NCBI GenBank assembly: GCA_964057225.1
Contig: OZ059899.1
Span: 20,584,001 to 20,648,000, forward strand
Direction: 5' to 3'
DNA: 64,000 nt
DNA from: Auanema rhodensis
Taxonomy: Eukaryota; Animalia; Nematoda
Shown here: piece after piece, positions 40,501 through 56,900 of the stretch
Layout of the letters: each line of letters starts with the position of its first letter
How positions within the stretch are numbered: position 1 is the stretch's first letter
Program-made: the position numbers and the translations under genes
Notes under the pieces: generated by a model
What the model was told of the DNA's origin: nothing
The model's database searches: none
What the model saw: only the letters and a program-made list of their open reading frames with translations

Positions 40501-43500
40501 ATTCAACGAAAAAATTTATTCTGCAGGGTGAAAATCGAGGATATAAGTGTGAACTTATATCAGTTGATATCTCGGTGCATTTTTAAGCTAGCGCAAATCT
40601 GATAACACAGATCGACGCAGCTTAAAAATCCGCATCGAATGCACTATACTACATTGAGAAACGCTTGATACAAAAATTAGGTATGATCGTTTGAAAAATG
40701 ATGCATTAGTGTATGTTGAGTTTCCATGTACACTCAACATTGCTTCCAAAAACATTTTGACAAAAATTTTTCCGAAAAATTTCGAAAAAATTTCGCGAAA
40801 AGTAGATGTTTTTAGATTCCTTTTTTCAAGGCAAAGACGATGGACAATGTTATTCAACGAAAAAATTAATTCTGCAGGGTGAAAATCGAGGATATAAATG
40901 TGAACTTATATCAGTTGATATCTCGGTGCATTTTTAAGCTAGCGCAAATCTGATAACACAGATCGACGCAGCTTAAAAATCCGCATCGAATGCACTATAC
41001 TGCATTGAGAAACGCTTAATACAAAAGTTAGTTATGATCGTTTGAAAAATGATGCATTAGTGTATGTTGAGTTTCCATGTACACTCAACATTGCTTCCAA
41101 AAACATTTTGACAAAAATTTTTCCGAAAAATTTCGAAATAAATTCGCAAAAAGTAGATGTTTTTAGATTCCTTTTTTCGAGGCAAAGACGATGGACAATG
41201 TTATTCAACGAAAAAATTAATTCTGCAGGGTGAAAATCGAGGATATAAGTGTGAACTTATATCAGTTGATATCTCGGTGCATTTTTAAGCTAGCGCAAAT
41301 CTGATAACACAGATCGACGCAGCTTAAAAATCCGCATCGAATGCACTATACTACATTGAGAAACGCTTGATACAAAAATTAGTTATGATCGTTTGAAAAA
41401 AGATGCATTAGTGTATGTTGAGTTTCCATGTACACTCAACATTGCTTCCAAAAACATTTTGACAAAAATTTTTCCAAAAAATTTCAAAATAATTTCGCAA
41501 AAAGTAAAAGTTTTTAGATTCCTTTTTCCAAGGCAAAGACGATGGACAATGTTATTCAACGAAAAAATTAATTCTGCATGGTGAAAATCGAGGATATAAG
41601 TGTGAACTTATATCAGTTGATATCTCGGTGCATTTTTAAGCTAGCGCAAATCTGATAACACAGATCGACGCAGCTTAAAAATCCGCATCGAATGCACTAT
41701 ACTACATTGAAAAACGCTTGATACAAAAATTAGGTATGATCGTTTGAAAAAAGATGCATTAGTGTATGTTGAGTTTCCATGTACACTCAACATTGCTTCC
41801 AAAAACATTTTTACAAAAATTTTTCCGAAAAATTTCGAAATAATTTCGCAAAAAGTAGATGTTTTTAGATTCCTTTTTTCAAGGCAAAGACGATGGACAT
41901 TGTTATTCAACGAAAAAATTGATTCTGCAGGGTGAAAATCGAGGATATAAGTGTGAACTTATATCAGTTGATATCTCGGTGCATTTTTAAGCTAGCGCAA
42001 ATCTGATAACACAGATCGACGCAGCCTAAAAATCCGCATCGAATGCACTATACTATATTAAAAAACGCTTAATACAAAAATTAGTTATGATCGTTTGAAA
42101 AAAGATGCATTAGTGTATGTTGAGTTTCCATGTACACTCAACATTGCTTCCAAAAACATTTTGACAAAAATTTTTCCGAAAAATTTCAGAATAATTTCGC
42201 AAAAAGTAGATGTTTTTAGATTCCTTCTTTTAAGGCAAAGACGATGGACAATGTTATTCAACGAAAAAATTAATTCTGCAGGGTGAAAATCGAGGATATA
42301 AGTGTGAACTTATATCAGTTGATATCTCGGTGCATTTTTAAGCTAGCGCAAATCTGATAACACAGATCGACGCAGCTTAAAAATCCGCATCGAATGCACT
42401 ATACTACATTGAGAAACGCTTAATACAAAAATTAGTTATGATCGTTTGAAAAAAGATGCATTAGTGTATGTTGAGTTTCCATGTACACTCAACATTGCTT
42501 CCAAAAACATTTTGACAAAAATTTTTCCGAAAAATTTCAAAATAATTTCGCAAAAAGTAGATGTTTTTAGATTCCTTTTTTCACGGCAAAGACGATGGAC
42601 AAAGTTATTCAACGAAAAAATTAATTCTGCAGGGTGAAAATCGAGGATATAAGTGTGAACTTATATCAGTTGATATCTCGGTGCATTTTTAAGCTAGCGC
42701 AAATCTGATAACACAGATCGACGCAGCTTAAAAATCCGCATCGAAAGCACTATACAACATTGAGAAACGCTTAATACAAAAGTTAGTTATGATCGTTTGA
42801 AAAATGATGCATTAGTGTATGTTGAGTTTCCATATACACTCAACATAGCTTCCAAAAACATTTTGACAAAAATTTTTCCGAAAAATTTCGAAAAAATTTC
42901 GCAAAAAGTAGATGTTTTTAGATTCCTTTTTTCACGGCAAAGACGATGGACAAAGTTATTCAACGAAAAAATTAATTCTGCAGGGTGAAAATCGAGGATA
43001 TAAGTGTGAACTTATATCAGTTGATATCTCGGTGCATTTTTAAGCTAGCGCAAATCTGATAACACAGATCGACGCAGCTTAAAAATCCGCATCGAATGCA
43101 TTATACTACATTGAGAAACGCTTAATACAAAACTTAGTTATGATCGTTTGAAAAATGATGCATTAGTGTATGTTGAGTTTCCATGTACACTCAACATAGC
43201 TTCCAAAAACATTTTGACAAAAATTTTTCCGAAAAATTTCGAAAAAATTTCGCAAAAAGTAGATGTTTTTAGATTCCTTTTTTCAAGGCAAAGACGATGG
43301 ACAATGTTATTCAACGAAAAAATTATTTCTGCAGGGTGAAAATCGAGGATATAATTGTGAACTTATATCAGTTGATATCTCGGTGCATTTTTAAGCTAAC
43401 TCAAATCTGATAACACAGATCGACGCAGCTTAAAAATCCGCATCGAATGCACTATACTACATTGAGAAACGCTTAATACAAAAATTAGTTATGATCGTTT

Positions 43501-44900
43501 GAAAAAAGATGCATTAGTGTATGTTGAGTTTCCATGTACACTCAACATAGCTTCCAAAAACATTTTGACAAAAATTTTTCCGAAAAATTTCGAAAAAATT
43601 TCGCAAAAAGTAGATGTTTTTAGATTCCTTTTTTCAAGGCAAAGACGATGGACAATGTTATTCAACGAAAAAATTATTTCTGCAGGGTGAAAATCGAGGA
43701 TATAAGTGTGAACTTATATCAGTTGATATCTCGGTGCATTTTTAAACTAGCGCAAATCTGATAACACAGATCGACGCAGCTTAAAAATCCGCATCGAATG
43801 CATTATACTACATTGAGAAACGCTTAATACATAAATTAGTTATGATCGTTTGAAAAAAGATGCATTAGTGTATGTTGAGTTTCCATGTACACTCAACATT
43901 GCTTCCAAAAACATTTTGACAAAAATTTTTCCGAAAAATTTCAAAATAATTTCGCAAAAAGTAGATGTTTTTAGATTCCTTTTTTCAAGGCAAAGACGAT
44001 GGACAATGTTATTCAACGAAAAAATTATTTCTGCAGGGTGAAAATCGAGGATATAAGTGTGAACTTATATCAGTTGATATCTCGGTGCATTTTTAAGCTA
44101 GCGCAAATCTGATAACACAGATCGACGCAGCTTAAAAATCCGCATCGAATGCATTATACTACATTGAGAAACGCGTGATACAAAACTTAGTTATGATCGT
44201 TTGAAAAATGATGCATTAGTGTATGTTGAGTTTCCATGTACACTCAACATTGCTTCCAAAAACATTTTGACAAAAATTTTTCCGAAAAATTTCGAAATAA
44301 ATTCGCAAAGAGTAGGTGTTTTTAGATTCCTTTTTTCAAGGCAAAGACGATGGACAATGTTATTCAACAAAAAAATTAATTCTGCAGGGTGAAAATCGAG
44401 GATATAAGTGTGAACTTATATCAGTTGATATCTCGGTGCATTTTTAAGCTAGCGCAAATCTGATAACACAGATCGACGCAGCTTAAAAATCCGCATCGAA
44501 TGCACTATACTACATTGAGAAACGCTTGATACAAAAATTAGGTATGATCGTTTGAAAAATGATGCATTAGTGTATGTTGAGTTTCCATGTACACTCAACA
44601 TTGCTTCCAAAAACATTTTGACAAAAATTTTTCCGAAAAATTTCGAAAAAATTTCGCGAAAAGTAGATGTTTTTAGATTCCTTTTTTCAAGGCAAAGACG
44701 ATGGACAATGTTATTCAACGAAAAAATTATTTCTGCAGGGTGAAAATCGAGGATATAAGTGTGAACTTATATCAGTTGATATCTCGGTGCATTTTTAAGC
44801 TAGCGCAAATCTGATAACACAGATCGACGCAGCTTAAAAATCCGCATCGAATGCACTATACTACATTGAGAAACGCTTGATACAAAAATTAGGTATGATC
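37532..44900. repeat. Variant domain D: 11-monomer (3861-bp) duplication
   Basis: Matching monomer types at 37532/41393, 38234/42095, 38936/42797, 39989/43850 and 40691/44552. Confidence 0.88.
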
Positions 44901-47900
44901 GTTTGAAAAAAGATGCATTAGTGTATGTTGAGTTTCCATGTACACTCAACATTGCTTCCAAAAACATTTTTACAAAAATTTTTCCGAAAAATTTCGAAAT
45001 AATTTCGCAAAAAGTAGATGTTTTTAGATTCCTTTTTTCAAGGCAAAGACGATGGACATTGTTATTCAACGAAAAAATTGATTCTGCAGGGTGAAAATCG
45101 AGGATATAAGTGTGAACTTATATCAGTTGATATCTCGGTGCATTTTTAAGCTAACTCAAATCTGATAACACAGATCGACGCAGCTTAAAAATCCGCATCG
45201 AATGCACTATACTACATTGAGAAACGCTTAATACAAAAATTAGTTATGATCGTTTGAAAAATGATGCATTAGTGTATGTTGAGTTTCCATATACACTCAA
45301 CATAGCTTCCAAAAACATTTTGACAAAAATTTTTCCGAAAAATTTCGAAAAAATTTCGCAAAAAGTAGATGTTTTTAGATTCCTTTTTTTACGGCAAAGA
45401 CGATGGACAAAGTTATTCAACGAAAAAATTAATTCTGCAGGGTGAAAATCGAGGATATAAGTGTGAACTTATATCAGTTGATATCTCGGTGCATTTTTAA
45501 GCTAGCGCAAATCTGATAACACAGATCGACGCCGCTTAAAAATCCGCATCGAATGCACTATACTACATTGAGAAACGCTTGATACAAAAATTAGTTATGA
45601 TCGTTTGAAAAAAGATGCATTAGTGTATGTTGAGTTTCCATGTACACTCAACATTGCTTCCAAAAACATTTTTACAAAAATTTTTCCGAAAAATTTCGAA
45701 ATAATTTCGCAAAAAGTAGATGTTTTTAGATTCCTTATTTCAAGGCAAAGACGATGGACATTGTTATTCAACGAAAAAATTGATTCTGCAGGGTGAAAAT
45801 CGAGGATATAAGTGTGAACTTATATCAGTTGATATCTCGGTGCATTTTTAAGCTAACTCAAATCTGATAACACAGATCGACGCAGCTTAGAAATCCGCAT
45901 CGAATGCACTATACAACATTGAGAAACGCTTGATACAAAAATTAGTTATGATCGTTTGAAAAATGATGCATTAGTGTATGTTGAGTTTCCATGTACACTC
46001 AACATTGCTTCCAAAAACATTTTGACAAAAATTTTTCCGAAAAATTTCAAAATAATTTCGCGAAAAGTAGATGTTTTCAGATTCCTTTTTTCAAGGCAAA
46101 GACGATGGACAATGTTATTCAACGAAAAAATTAATTCTGCAGGGTGAAAATCGAGGATATAAGTGTGAACTTATATCAGTTGATATCTCGGTGCATTTTT
46201 AAGCTAGCGCAAATCTGATAACACAGATCGACGCCGCTTAAAAATCCGCATCGAATGCACTATACTACATTGAGAAACGCTTGATACAAAAATTAGTTAT
46301 GATCGTTTGAAAAAAGATGCATTAGTGTATGTTGAGTTTCCATGTACACTCAACATTGCTTCCAAAAACATTTTGACAAAAATTTTTCCAAAAAATTTCA
46401 AAATAATTTCGCAAAAAGTAAATGTTTTTAGATTCCTTTCTCCAAGGCAAAGACGATGGACAATGTTATTCAACGAAAAAATTAATTCTGCAGGGTGAAA
46501 ATCGAGGATATAATGGTGAACTTATATCAGTTGATATCTCGGTGCATTTTTAAGCTAGCGCAAATCTGATAACACAGATCGACGCAGCTTAAAAATCCGC
46601 ATCGAATGCACTATACTACATTGAAAAACGGTTGATACAAAAATTAGGTATGATCGTTTGAAAAAAGATGCATTAGTGTATGTTGAGTTTCCATGTACAC
46701 TCAACATTGCTTCCAAAAACATTTTTACAAAAATTTTTCCGAAAAATTTCAAAATAATTTCGCAAAAAGTAGATGTTTTTAGATTCCTTTTTTCAAGGCA
46801 AAGACGATGGACAATGTTATTCAACGAAAAAATTATTTCTGCAGGGTGAAAATCGAGGATATAAGTGTGAACTTATATCAGTTGATATCTCGGTGCATTT
46901 TTAAGCTAGCGCAAATCTGATAACACAGATCGACGCAGCTTAAAAATCCGCATCGAATGCACTATACTACATTGAAAAACGGTTGATACAAAAATTAGGT
47001 ATGATCGTTTGAAAAAAGATGCATTAGTGTATGTTGAGTTTCCATGTACACTCAACATTGCTTCCAAAAACATTTTTACAAAAATTTTTCCGAAAAATTT
47101 TGAAATAATTTCGCAAAAAGTAGATGTTTTTAGATTCTTTTTTTCAAGGCAAAGACGATGGACATTGTTATTCAACGAAAAAATTGATTCTGCAGGGTGA
47201 AAATCGAGGATATAAGTGTGAACTTATATCAGTTGATATCTCGGTGCATTTTTAAGCTAACTCAAATCTGATAACACAGATCGACGCAGCTTAAAAATCC
47301 GCATCGAATGCACTATACTACATTGAGAAACGCTTAATACAAAAATTAGTTATGATCGTTTGAAAAAAGATGCATTAGTGTATGTTGAGTTTCCATGTAC
47401 ACTCAACATTGCTTCCAAAAACATTTTTACAAAAATTTTTCCAAAAAATTTCAAAATAATTTCGCAAAAAGTAAATGTTTTTAGATTCCTTTCTCCAAGG
47501 CAAAGACGATGGACAATGTTATTCAACGAAAAAATTAATTCTGCAGGGTGAAAATCGAGGATATAATGGTGAACTTATATCAGTTGATATCTCGGTGCAT
47601 TTTTAAGCTAGCGCAAATCTGATAACACAGATCGACGCAGCTTAAAAATCCGCATCGAATGCACTATACTACATTAAAAAACGGTTGATACAAAAATTAG
47701 GTATGATCGTTTGAAAAAAGATGCATTAGTGTATGTTGAGTTTCCATGTACACTCAACATTGCTTCCAAAAACATTTTTACAAAAATTTTTCCGAAAAAT
47801 TTTGAAATAATTTCGCAAAAAGTAAATGTTTTTAGATTCCTTTCTCCAAGGCAAAGACGATGGACAATGTTATTCAACGAAAAAATTAATTCTGCAGGGT

Positions 47901-50900
47901 GAAAATCGAGGATATAATGGTGAACTTATATCAGTTGATATCTCGGTGCATTTTTAAGCTAGCGCAAATCTGATAACACAGATCGACGCAGCTTAAAAAT
48001 CCGCATCGAATGCACTATACTACATTGAAAAACGGTTGATACAAAAATTAGGTATGATCGTTTGAAAAAAGATGCATTAGTGTATGTTGAGTTTCCATGT
48101 ACACTCAACATTGCTTCCAAAAACATTTTTACAAAAATTTTTCCGAAAAATTTTGAAATAATTTCGCAAAAAGTAAATGTTTTTAGATTCCTTTCTCCAA
48201 GGCAAAGACGATGGACAATGTTATTCAACGAAAAAATTAATTCTGCAGGGTGAAAATCGAGGATATAATGGTGAACTTATATCAGTTGATATCTCGGTGC
48301 ATTTTTAAGCTAGCGCAAATCTGATAACACAGATCGACGCAGCTTAAAAATCCGCATCGAATGCACTATACTACATTGAAAAACGGTTGATACAAAAATT
48401 AGGTATGATCGTTTGAAAAAAGATGCATTAGTGTATGTTGAGTTTCCATGTACACTCAACATTGCTTCCAAAAACATTTTTACAAAAATTTTTCCGAAAA
48501 ATTTTGAAATAATTTCGCAAAAAGTAGATGTTTTTAGATTCTTTTTTTCAAGGCAAAGACGATGGACATTGTTATTCAACGAAAAAATTGATTCTGCAGG
48601 GTGAAAATCGAGGATATAAGTGTGAACTTATATCAGTTGATATCTCGGTGCATTTTTAAGCTAACTCAAATCTGATAACACAGATCGACGCAGCTTAAAA
48701 ATCCGCATCGAATGCACTATACTACATTGAGAAACGCTTAATACAAAAATTAGTTATGATCGTTTGAAAAAAGATGCATTAGTGTATGTTGAGTTTCCAT
48801 GTACACTCAACATTGCTTCCAAAAACATTTTTACAAAAATTTTTCCGAAAAATTTCGAAATAATTTCGCAAAAAGTAGATGTTTTTAGATTCCTTTTTTC
48901 AAGGCAAAGACGATGGACATTGTTATTCAACGAAAAAATTGATTCTGCAGGGTGAAAGTCGAGGATATAAGTGTGAACTTATATCAGTTGATATCTCGGT
49001 GCATTTTTAAGCTAACTCAAATCTGATAACACAGATCGACGCAGCTTAAAAATCCGCATCGAATGCACTATACTACATTGAGAAACGCTTGATACAAAAA
49101 TTAGGTATGATCGTTTGAAAAAAGATGCATTAGTGTATGTTGAGTTTCCATGTACACTCAACATTGCTTCCAAAAACATTTTTACAAAAATTTTTCCGAA
49201 AAATTTCAAAATAATTTCGCGAAAAGTAGATGTTTTCAGATTCCTTTTTTCAAGGCAAAGACGATGGACAATGTTATTCAACGAAAAAATTGATTCTGCA
49301 GGGTGAAAATCGAGGATATAAGTGTGAACTTATATCAGTTGATATCTCGGTGCATTTTTAAGCTAGCGCAAATCTGATAACACAGATCGACGCAGCTTAA
49401 AAATCCGCATCGAATGCACTATACAACATTGAGAAACGCTTGATACAAAAATTAGTTATGATCGTTTGAAAAATGATGCATTAGTGTATGTTGAGTTTCC
49501 ATGTACACTCAACATTGCTTCCAAAAACATTTTGACAAAAATTTTTCCGAAAAATTTCAAAATAATTTCGCGAAAAGTAGATGTTTTCAGATTCCTGTTT
49601 TCAAGGCAAAGACGATGGACAATGTTATTCAACGAAAAAATTAATTCTGCAGGGTGAAAATCGAGGATATAAGTGTGAACTTATATCAGTTGATATCTCG
49701 GTGCATTTTTAAGCTAGCGCAAATCTGATAACACAGATCGACGCAGCTTAAAAATCCGCATCGAATGCACTATACAACATTGAGAAACGCTTGATACAAA
49801 AATTAGTTATGATCGTTTGAAAAATGATGCATTAGTGTATGTTGAGTTTCCATGTACACTCAACATTGCTTCCAAAAACATTTTGACAAAAATTTTTCCG
49901 AAAAATTTCAGAATAATTTCGCGAAAAGTAGATGTTTTTAGATTCCTTTTTTCAAGGCAAAGACGATGGACAATGTTATTCAACGAAAAAATTAATTCTG
50001 CAGGGTGAAAATCGAGGATATAAGTGTGAACTTATATCAGTTGATATCTCGGTGCATTTTTAAGCTAGCGCAAATCTGATAACACAGATCGACGCAGCTT
50101 AAAAATCCGCATCGAATGCACTATACTACATTGAGAAACGCTTGATACAAAAATTAGTTATGATCGTTTGAAAAAAGATGCATTAGTGTATGTTGAGTTT
50201 CCATGTACACTCAACATTGCTTCCAAAAACATTTTTACAAAAATTTTTCCGAAAAATTTCAAAATAATTTCGCAAAAAGTAGATGTTTTTAGATTCCTTT
50301 TTTCAAGGCAAAGACGATGGACATTGTTATTCAACGAAAAAATTGATTCTGCAGGGTGAAAATCGAGGATATAAGTGTGAACTTATATCAGTTGATATCT
50401 CGGTGCATTTTTAAGCTAGCGCAAATCTGATAACACAGATCGACGCAGCTTAAAAATCCGCATCGAATGCACTATACTACATTGAGAAACGCTTGATACA
50501 AAAATTAGTTATGATCGTTTGAAAAAAGATGCATTAGTGTATGTTGAGTTTCCATGTACACTCAACATTGCTTCCAAAAATATTTTTACAAAAATTTTTC
50601 CGAAAAATTTCAAAATAATTTCGCAAAAAGTAGATGTTTTTAGATTCCTTTTTTCAAGGCAAAGACGATGGACATTGTTATTCAACGAAAAAATTGATTC
50701 TGCAGGGTGAAAATCGAGGATATAAGTGTGAACTTATATCAGTTGATATCTCGGTGCATTTTTAAGCTAACTCAAATCTGATAACACAGATCGACGCAGC
50801 TTAAAAATCCGCATCGAATGCACTATACTACATTGAGAAACGCTTGATACAAAAATTAGGTATGATCGTTTGAAAAAAGATGCATTAGTGTATGTTGAGT

Positions 50901-53900
50901 TTCCATGTACACTCAACATTGCTTCCAAAAACATTTTTACAAAAATTTTTCCGAAAAATTTCAAAATAATTTCGCGAAAAGTAGATGTTTTTAGATTCCT
51001 TTTTTCAAGGCAAAGACGATGGACAATGTTATTCAACGAAAAAATTATTTCTGCAGGGTGAAAATCGAGGATATAAGTGTGAACTTATATCAGTTGATAT
51101 CTCGGTGCATTTTTAAGCTAGCGCAAATCTGATAACACAGATCGACGCAGCTTAAAAATCCGCATCGAATGCATTATACTACATTGAGAAACGCGTGATA
51201 CAAAACTTAGTTATGATCGTTTGAAAAATGATGCATTAGTGTATGTTGAGTTTCCATGTACACTCAACATTGCTTCCAAAAACATTTTGACAAAAATTTT
51301 TCCGAAAAATTTCGAAATAAATTCGCAAAGAGTAGGTGTTTTTAGATTCCTTTTTTCAAGGCAAAGACGATGGACAATGTTATTCAACAAAAAAATTAAT
51401 TCTGCAGGGTGAAAATCGAGGATATAAGTGTGAACTTATATCAGTTGATATCTCGGTGCATTTTTAAGCTAGCGCAAATCTGATAACACAGATCGACGCA
51501 GCTTAAAAATCCGCATCGAATGCACTATACTACATTGAGAAACGCTTGATACAAAAATTAGGTATGATCGTTTGAAAAATGATGCATTAGTGTATGTTGA
51601 GTTTCCATGTACACTCAACATTGCTTCCAAAAACATTTTGACAAAAATTTTTCCGAAAAATTTCGAAAAAATTTCGCGAAAAGTAGATGTTTTTAGATTC
51701 CTTTTTTCAAGGCAAAGACGATGGACATTGTTATTCAACGAAAAAATTGATTCTGCAGGGTGAAAATCGAGGATATAAGTGTGAACTTATATCAGTTGAT
51801 ATCTCGGTGCATTTTTAAGCTAACTCAAATCTGATAACACAGATCGACGCAGCTTAAAAATCCGCATCGAATGCACTATACTACATTGAGAAACGCTTAA
51901 TACAAAAATTAGTTATGATCGTTTGAAAAATGATGCATTAGTGTATGTTGAGTTTCCATATACACTCAACATAGCTTCCAAAAACATTTTGACAAAAATT
52001 TTTCCGAAAAATTTCGAAAAAATTTCGCAAAAAGTAGATGTTTTTAGATTCCTTTTTTTACGGCAAAGACGATGGACAAAGTTATTCAACGAAAAAATTA
52101 ATTCTGCAGGGTGAAAATCGAGGATATAAGTGTGAACTTATATCAGTTGATATCTCGGTGCATTTTTAAGCTAGCGCAAATCTGATAACACAGATCGACG
52201 CCGCTTAAAAATCCGCATCGAATGCACTATACTACATTGAGAAACGCTTGATACAAAAATTAGTTATGATCGTTTGAAAAAAGATGCATTAGTGTATGTT
52301 GAGTTTCCATGTACACTCAACATTGCTTCCAAAAACATTTTTACAAAAATTTTTCCGAAAAATTTCGAAATAATTTCGCAAAAAGTAGATGTTTTTAGAT
52401 TCCTTATTTCAAGGCAAAGACGATGGACATTGTTATTCAACGAAAAAATTGATTCTGCAGGGTGAAAATCGAGGATATAAGTGTGAACTTATATCAGTTG
52501 ATATCTCGGTGCATTTTTAAGCTAACTCAAATCTGATAACACAGATCGACGCAGCTTAGAAATCCGCATCGAATGCACTATACAACATTGAGAAACGCTT
52601 GATACAAAAATTAGTTATGATCGTTTGAAAAATGATGCATTAGTGTATGTTGAGTTTCCATGTACACTCAACATTGCTTCCAAAAACATTTTGACAAAAA
52701 TTTTTCCGAAAAATTTCAAAATAATTTCGCGAAAAGTAGATGTTTTCAGATTCCTTTTTTCAAGGCAAAGACGATGGACAATGTTATTCAACGAAAAAAT
52801 TAATTCTGCAGGGTGAAAATCGAGGATATAAGTGTGAACTTATATCAGTTGATATCTCGGTGCATTTTTAAGCTAGCGCAAATCTGATAACACAGATCGA
52901 CGCCGCTTAAAAATCCGCATCGAATGCACTATACTACATTGAGAAACGCTTGATACAAAAATTAGTTATGATCGTTTGAAAAAAGATGCATTAGTGTATG
53001 TTGAGTTTCCATGTACACTCAACATTGCTTCCAAAAACATTTTGACAAAAATTTTTCCAAAAAATTTCAAAATAATTTCGCAAAAAGTAAATGTTTTTAG
53101 ATTCCTTTCTCCAAGGCAAAGACGATGGACAATGTTATTCAACGAAAAAATTAATTCTGCAGGGTGAAAATCGAGGATATAATGGTGAACTTATATCAGT
53201 TGATATCTCGGTGCATTTTTAAGCTAGCGCAAATCTGATAACACAGATCGACGCAGCTTAAAAATCCGCATCGAATGCACTATACTACATTGAAAAACGG
53301 TTGATACAAAAATTAGGTATGATCGTTTGAAAAAAGATGCATTAGTGTATGTTGAGTTTCCATGTACACTCAACATTGCTTCCAAAAACATTTTTACAAA
53401 AATTTTTCCGAAAAATTTCAAAATAATTTCGCAAAAAGTAGATGTTTTTAGATTCCTTTTTTCAAGGCAAAGACGATGGACAATGTTATTCAACGAAAAA
53501 ATTATTTCTGCAGGGTGAAAATCGAGGATATAAGTGTGAACTTATATCAGTTGATATCTCGGTGCATTTTTAAGCTAGCGCAAATCTGATAACACAGATC
53601 GACGCAGCTTAAAAATCCGCATCGAATGCACTATACTACATTAAAAAACGGTTGATACAAAAATTAGGTATGATCGTTTGAAAAAAGATGCATTAGTGTA
53701 TGTTGAGTTTCCATGTACACTCAACATTGCTTCCAAAAACATTTTTACAAAAATTTTTCCGAAAAATTTTGAAATAATTTCGCAAAAAGTAAATGTTTTT
53801 AGATTCCTTTCTCCAAGGCAAAGACGATGGACAATGTTATTCAACGAAAAAATTAATTCTGCAGGGTGAAAATCGAGGATATAATGGTGAACTTATATCA

Positions 53901-56900
53901 GTTGATATCTCGGTGCATTTTTAAGCTAGCGCAAATCTGATAACACAGATCGACGCAGCTTAAAAATCCGCATCGAATGCACTATACTACATTGAAAAAC
54001 GGTTGATACAAAAATTAGGTATGATCGTTTGAAAAAAGATGCATTAGTGTATGTTGAGTTTCCATGTACACTCAACATTGCTTCCAAAAACATTTTTACA
54101 AAAATTTTTCCGAAAAATTTTGAAATAATTTCGCAAAAAGTAAATGTTTTTAGATTCCTTTCTCCAAGGCAAAGACGATGGACAATGTTATTCAACGAAA
54201 AAATTAATTCTGCAGGGTGAAAATCGAGGATATAATGGTGAACTTATATCAGTTGATATCTCGGTGCATTTTTAAGCTAGCGCAAATCTGATAACACAGA
54301 TCGACGCAGCTTAAAAATCCGCATCGAATGCACTATACTACATTGAAAAACGGTTGATACAAAAATTAGGTATGATCGTTTGAAAAAAGATGCATTAGTG
54401 TATGTTGAGTTTCCATGTACACTCAACATTGCTTCCAAAAACATTTTTACAAAAATTTTTCCGAAAAATTTTGAAATAATTTCGCAAAAAGTAAATGTTT
54501 TTAGATTCCTTTCTCCAAGGCAAAGACGATGGACAATGTTATTCAACGAAAAAATTAATTCTGCAGGGTGAAAATCGAGGATATAATGGTGAACTTATAT
54601 CAGTTGATATCTCGGTGCATTTTTAAGCTAGCGCAAATCTGATAACACAGATCGACGCAGCTTAAAAATCCGCATCGAATGCACTATACTACATTGAAAA
54701 ACGGTTGATACAAAAATTAGGTATGATCGTTTGAAAAAAGATGCATTAGTGTATGTTGAGTTTCCATGTACACTCAACATTGCTTCCAAAAACATTTTTA
54801 CAAAAATTTTTCCGAAAAATTTTGAAATAATTTCGCAAAAAGTAGATGTTTTTAGATTCTTTTTTTCAAGGCAAAGACGATGGACATTGTTATTCAACGA
54901 AAAAATTGATTCTGCAGGGTGAAAATCGAGGATATAAGTGTGAACTTATATCAGTTGATATCTCGGTGCATTTTTAAGCTAACTCAAATCTGATAACACA
55001 GATCGACGCAGCTTAAAAATCCGCATCGAATGCACTATACTACATTGAGAAACGCTTAATACAAAAATTAGTTATGATCGTTTGAAAAAAGATGCATTAG
55101 TGTATGTTGAGTTTCCATGTACACTCAACATTGCTTCCAAAAACATTTTTACAAAAATTTTTCCGAAAAATTTCGAAATAATTTCGCAAAAAGTAGATGT
55201 TTTTAGATTCCTTTTTTCAAGGCAAAGACGATGGACATTGTTATTCAACGAAAAAATTGATTCTGCAGGGTGAAAGTCGAGGATATAAGTGTGAACTTAT
55301 ATCAGTTGATATCTCGGTGCATTTTTAAGCTAACTCAAATCTGATAACACAGATCGACGCAGCTTAAAAATCCGCATCGAATGCACTATACTACATTGAG
55401 AAACGCTTGATACAAAAATTAGGTATGATCGTTTGAAAAAAGATGCATTAGTGTATGTTGAGTTTCCATGTACACTCAACATTGCTTCCAAAAACATTTT
55501 TACAAAAATTTTTCCGAAAAATTTCAAAATAATTTCGCGAAAAGTAGATGTTTTCAGATTCCTTTTTTCAAGGCAAAGACGATGGACAATGTTATTCAAC
55601 GAAAAAATTGATTCTGCAGGGTGAAAATCGAGGATATAAGTGTGAACTTATATCAGTTGATATCTCGGTGCATTTTCAAGCTAGCGCAAATCTGATAACA
55701 CAGATCGACGCAGCTTAAAAATCCGCATCGAATGCACTATACAACATTGAGAAACGCTTGATACAAAAATTAGTTATGATCGTTTGAAAAATGATGCATT
55801 AGTGTATGTTGAGTTTCCATGTACACTCAACATTGCTTCCAAAAACATTTTGACAAAAATTTTTCCGAAAAATTTCAAAATAATTTCGCGAAAAGTAGAT
55901 GTTTTCAGATTCCTGTTTTCAAGGCAAAGACGATGGACAATGTTATTCAACGAAAAAATTAATTCTGCAGGGTGAAAATCGAGGATATAAGTGTGAACTT
56001 ATATCAGTTGATATCTCGGTGCATTTTTAAGCTAGCGCAAATCTGATAACACAGATCGACGCAGCTTAAAAATCCGCATCGAATGCACTATACAACATTG
56101 AGAAACGCTTGATACAAAAATTAGTTATGATCGTTTGAAAAATGATGCATTAGTGTATGTTGAGTTTCCATGTACACTCAACATTGCTTCCAAAAACATT
56201 TTGACAAAAATTTTTCCGAAAAATTTCAGAATAATTTCGCGAAAAGTAGATGTTTTTAGATTCCTTTTTTCAAGGCAAAGACGATGGACAATGTTATTCA
56301 ACGAAAAAATTAATTCTGCAGGGTGAAAATCGAGGATATAAGTGTGAACTTATATCAGTTGATATCTCGGTGCATTTTTAAGCTAGCGCAAATCTGATAA
56401 CACAGATCGACGCAGCTTAAAAATCCGCATCGAATGCACTATACTACATTGAGAAACGCTTGATACAAAAATTAGTTATGATCGTTTGAAAAAAGATGCA
56501 TTAGTGTATGTTGAGTTTCCATGTACACTCAACATTGCTTCCAAAAACATTTTTACAAAAATTTTTCCGAAAAATTTCAAAATAATTTCGCAAAAAGTAG
56601 ATGTTTTTAGATTCCTTTTTTCAAGGCAAAGACGATGGACATTGTTATTCAACGAAAAAATTGATTCTGCAGGGTGAAAATCGAGGATATAAGTGTGAAC
56701 TTATATCAGTTGATATCTCGGTGCATTTTTAAGCTAGCGCAAATCTGATAACACAGATCGACGCAGCTTAAAAATCCGCATCGAATGCACTATACTACAT
56801 TGAGAAACGCTTGATACAAAAATTAGTTATGATCGTTTGAAAAAAGATGCATTAGTGTATGTTGAGTTTCCATGTACACTCAACATTGCTTCCAAAAATA

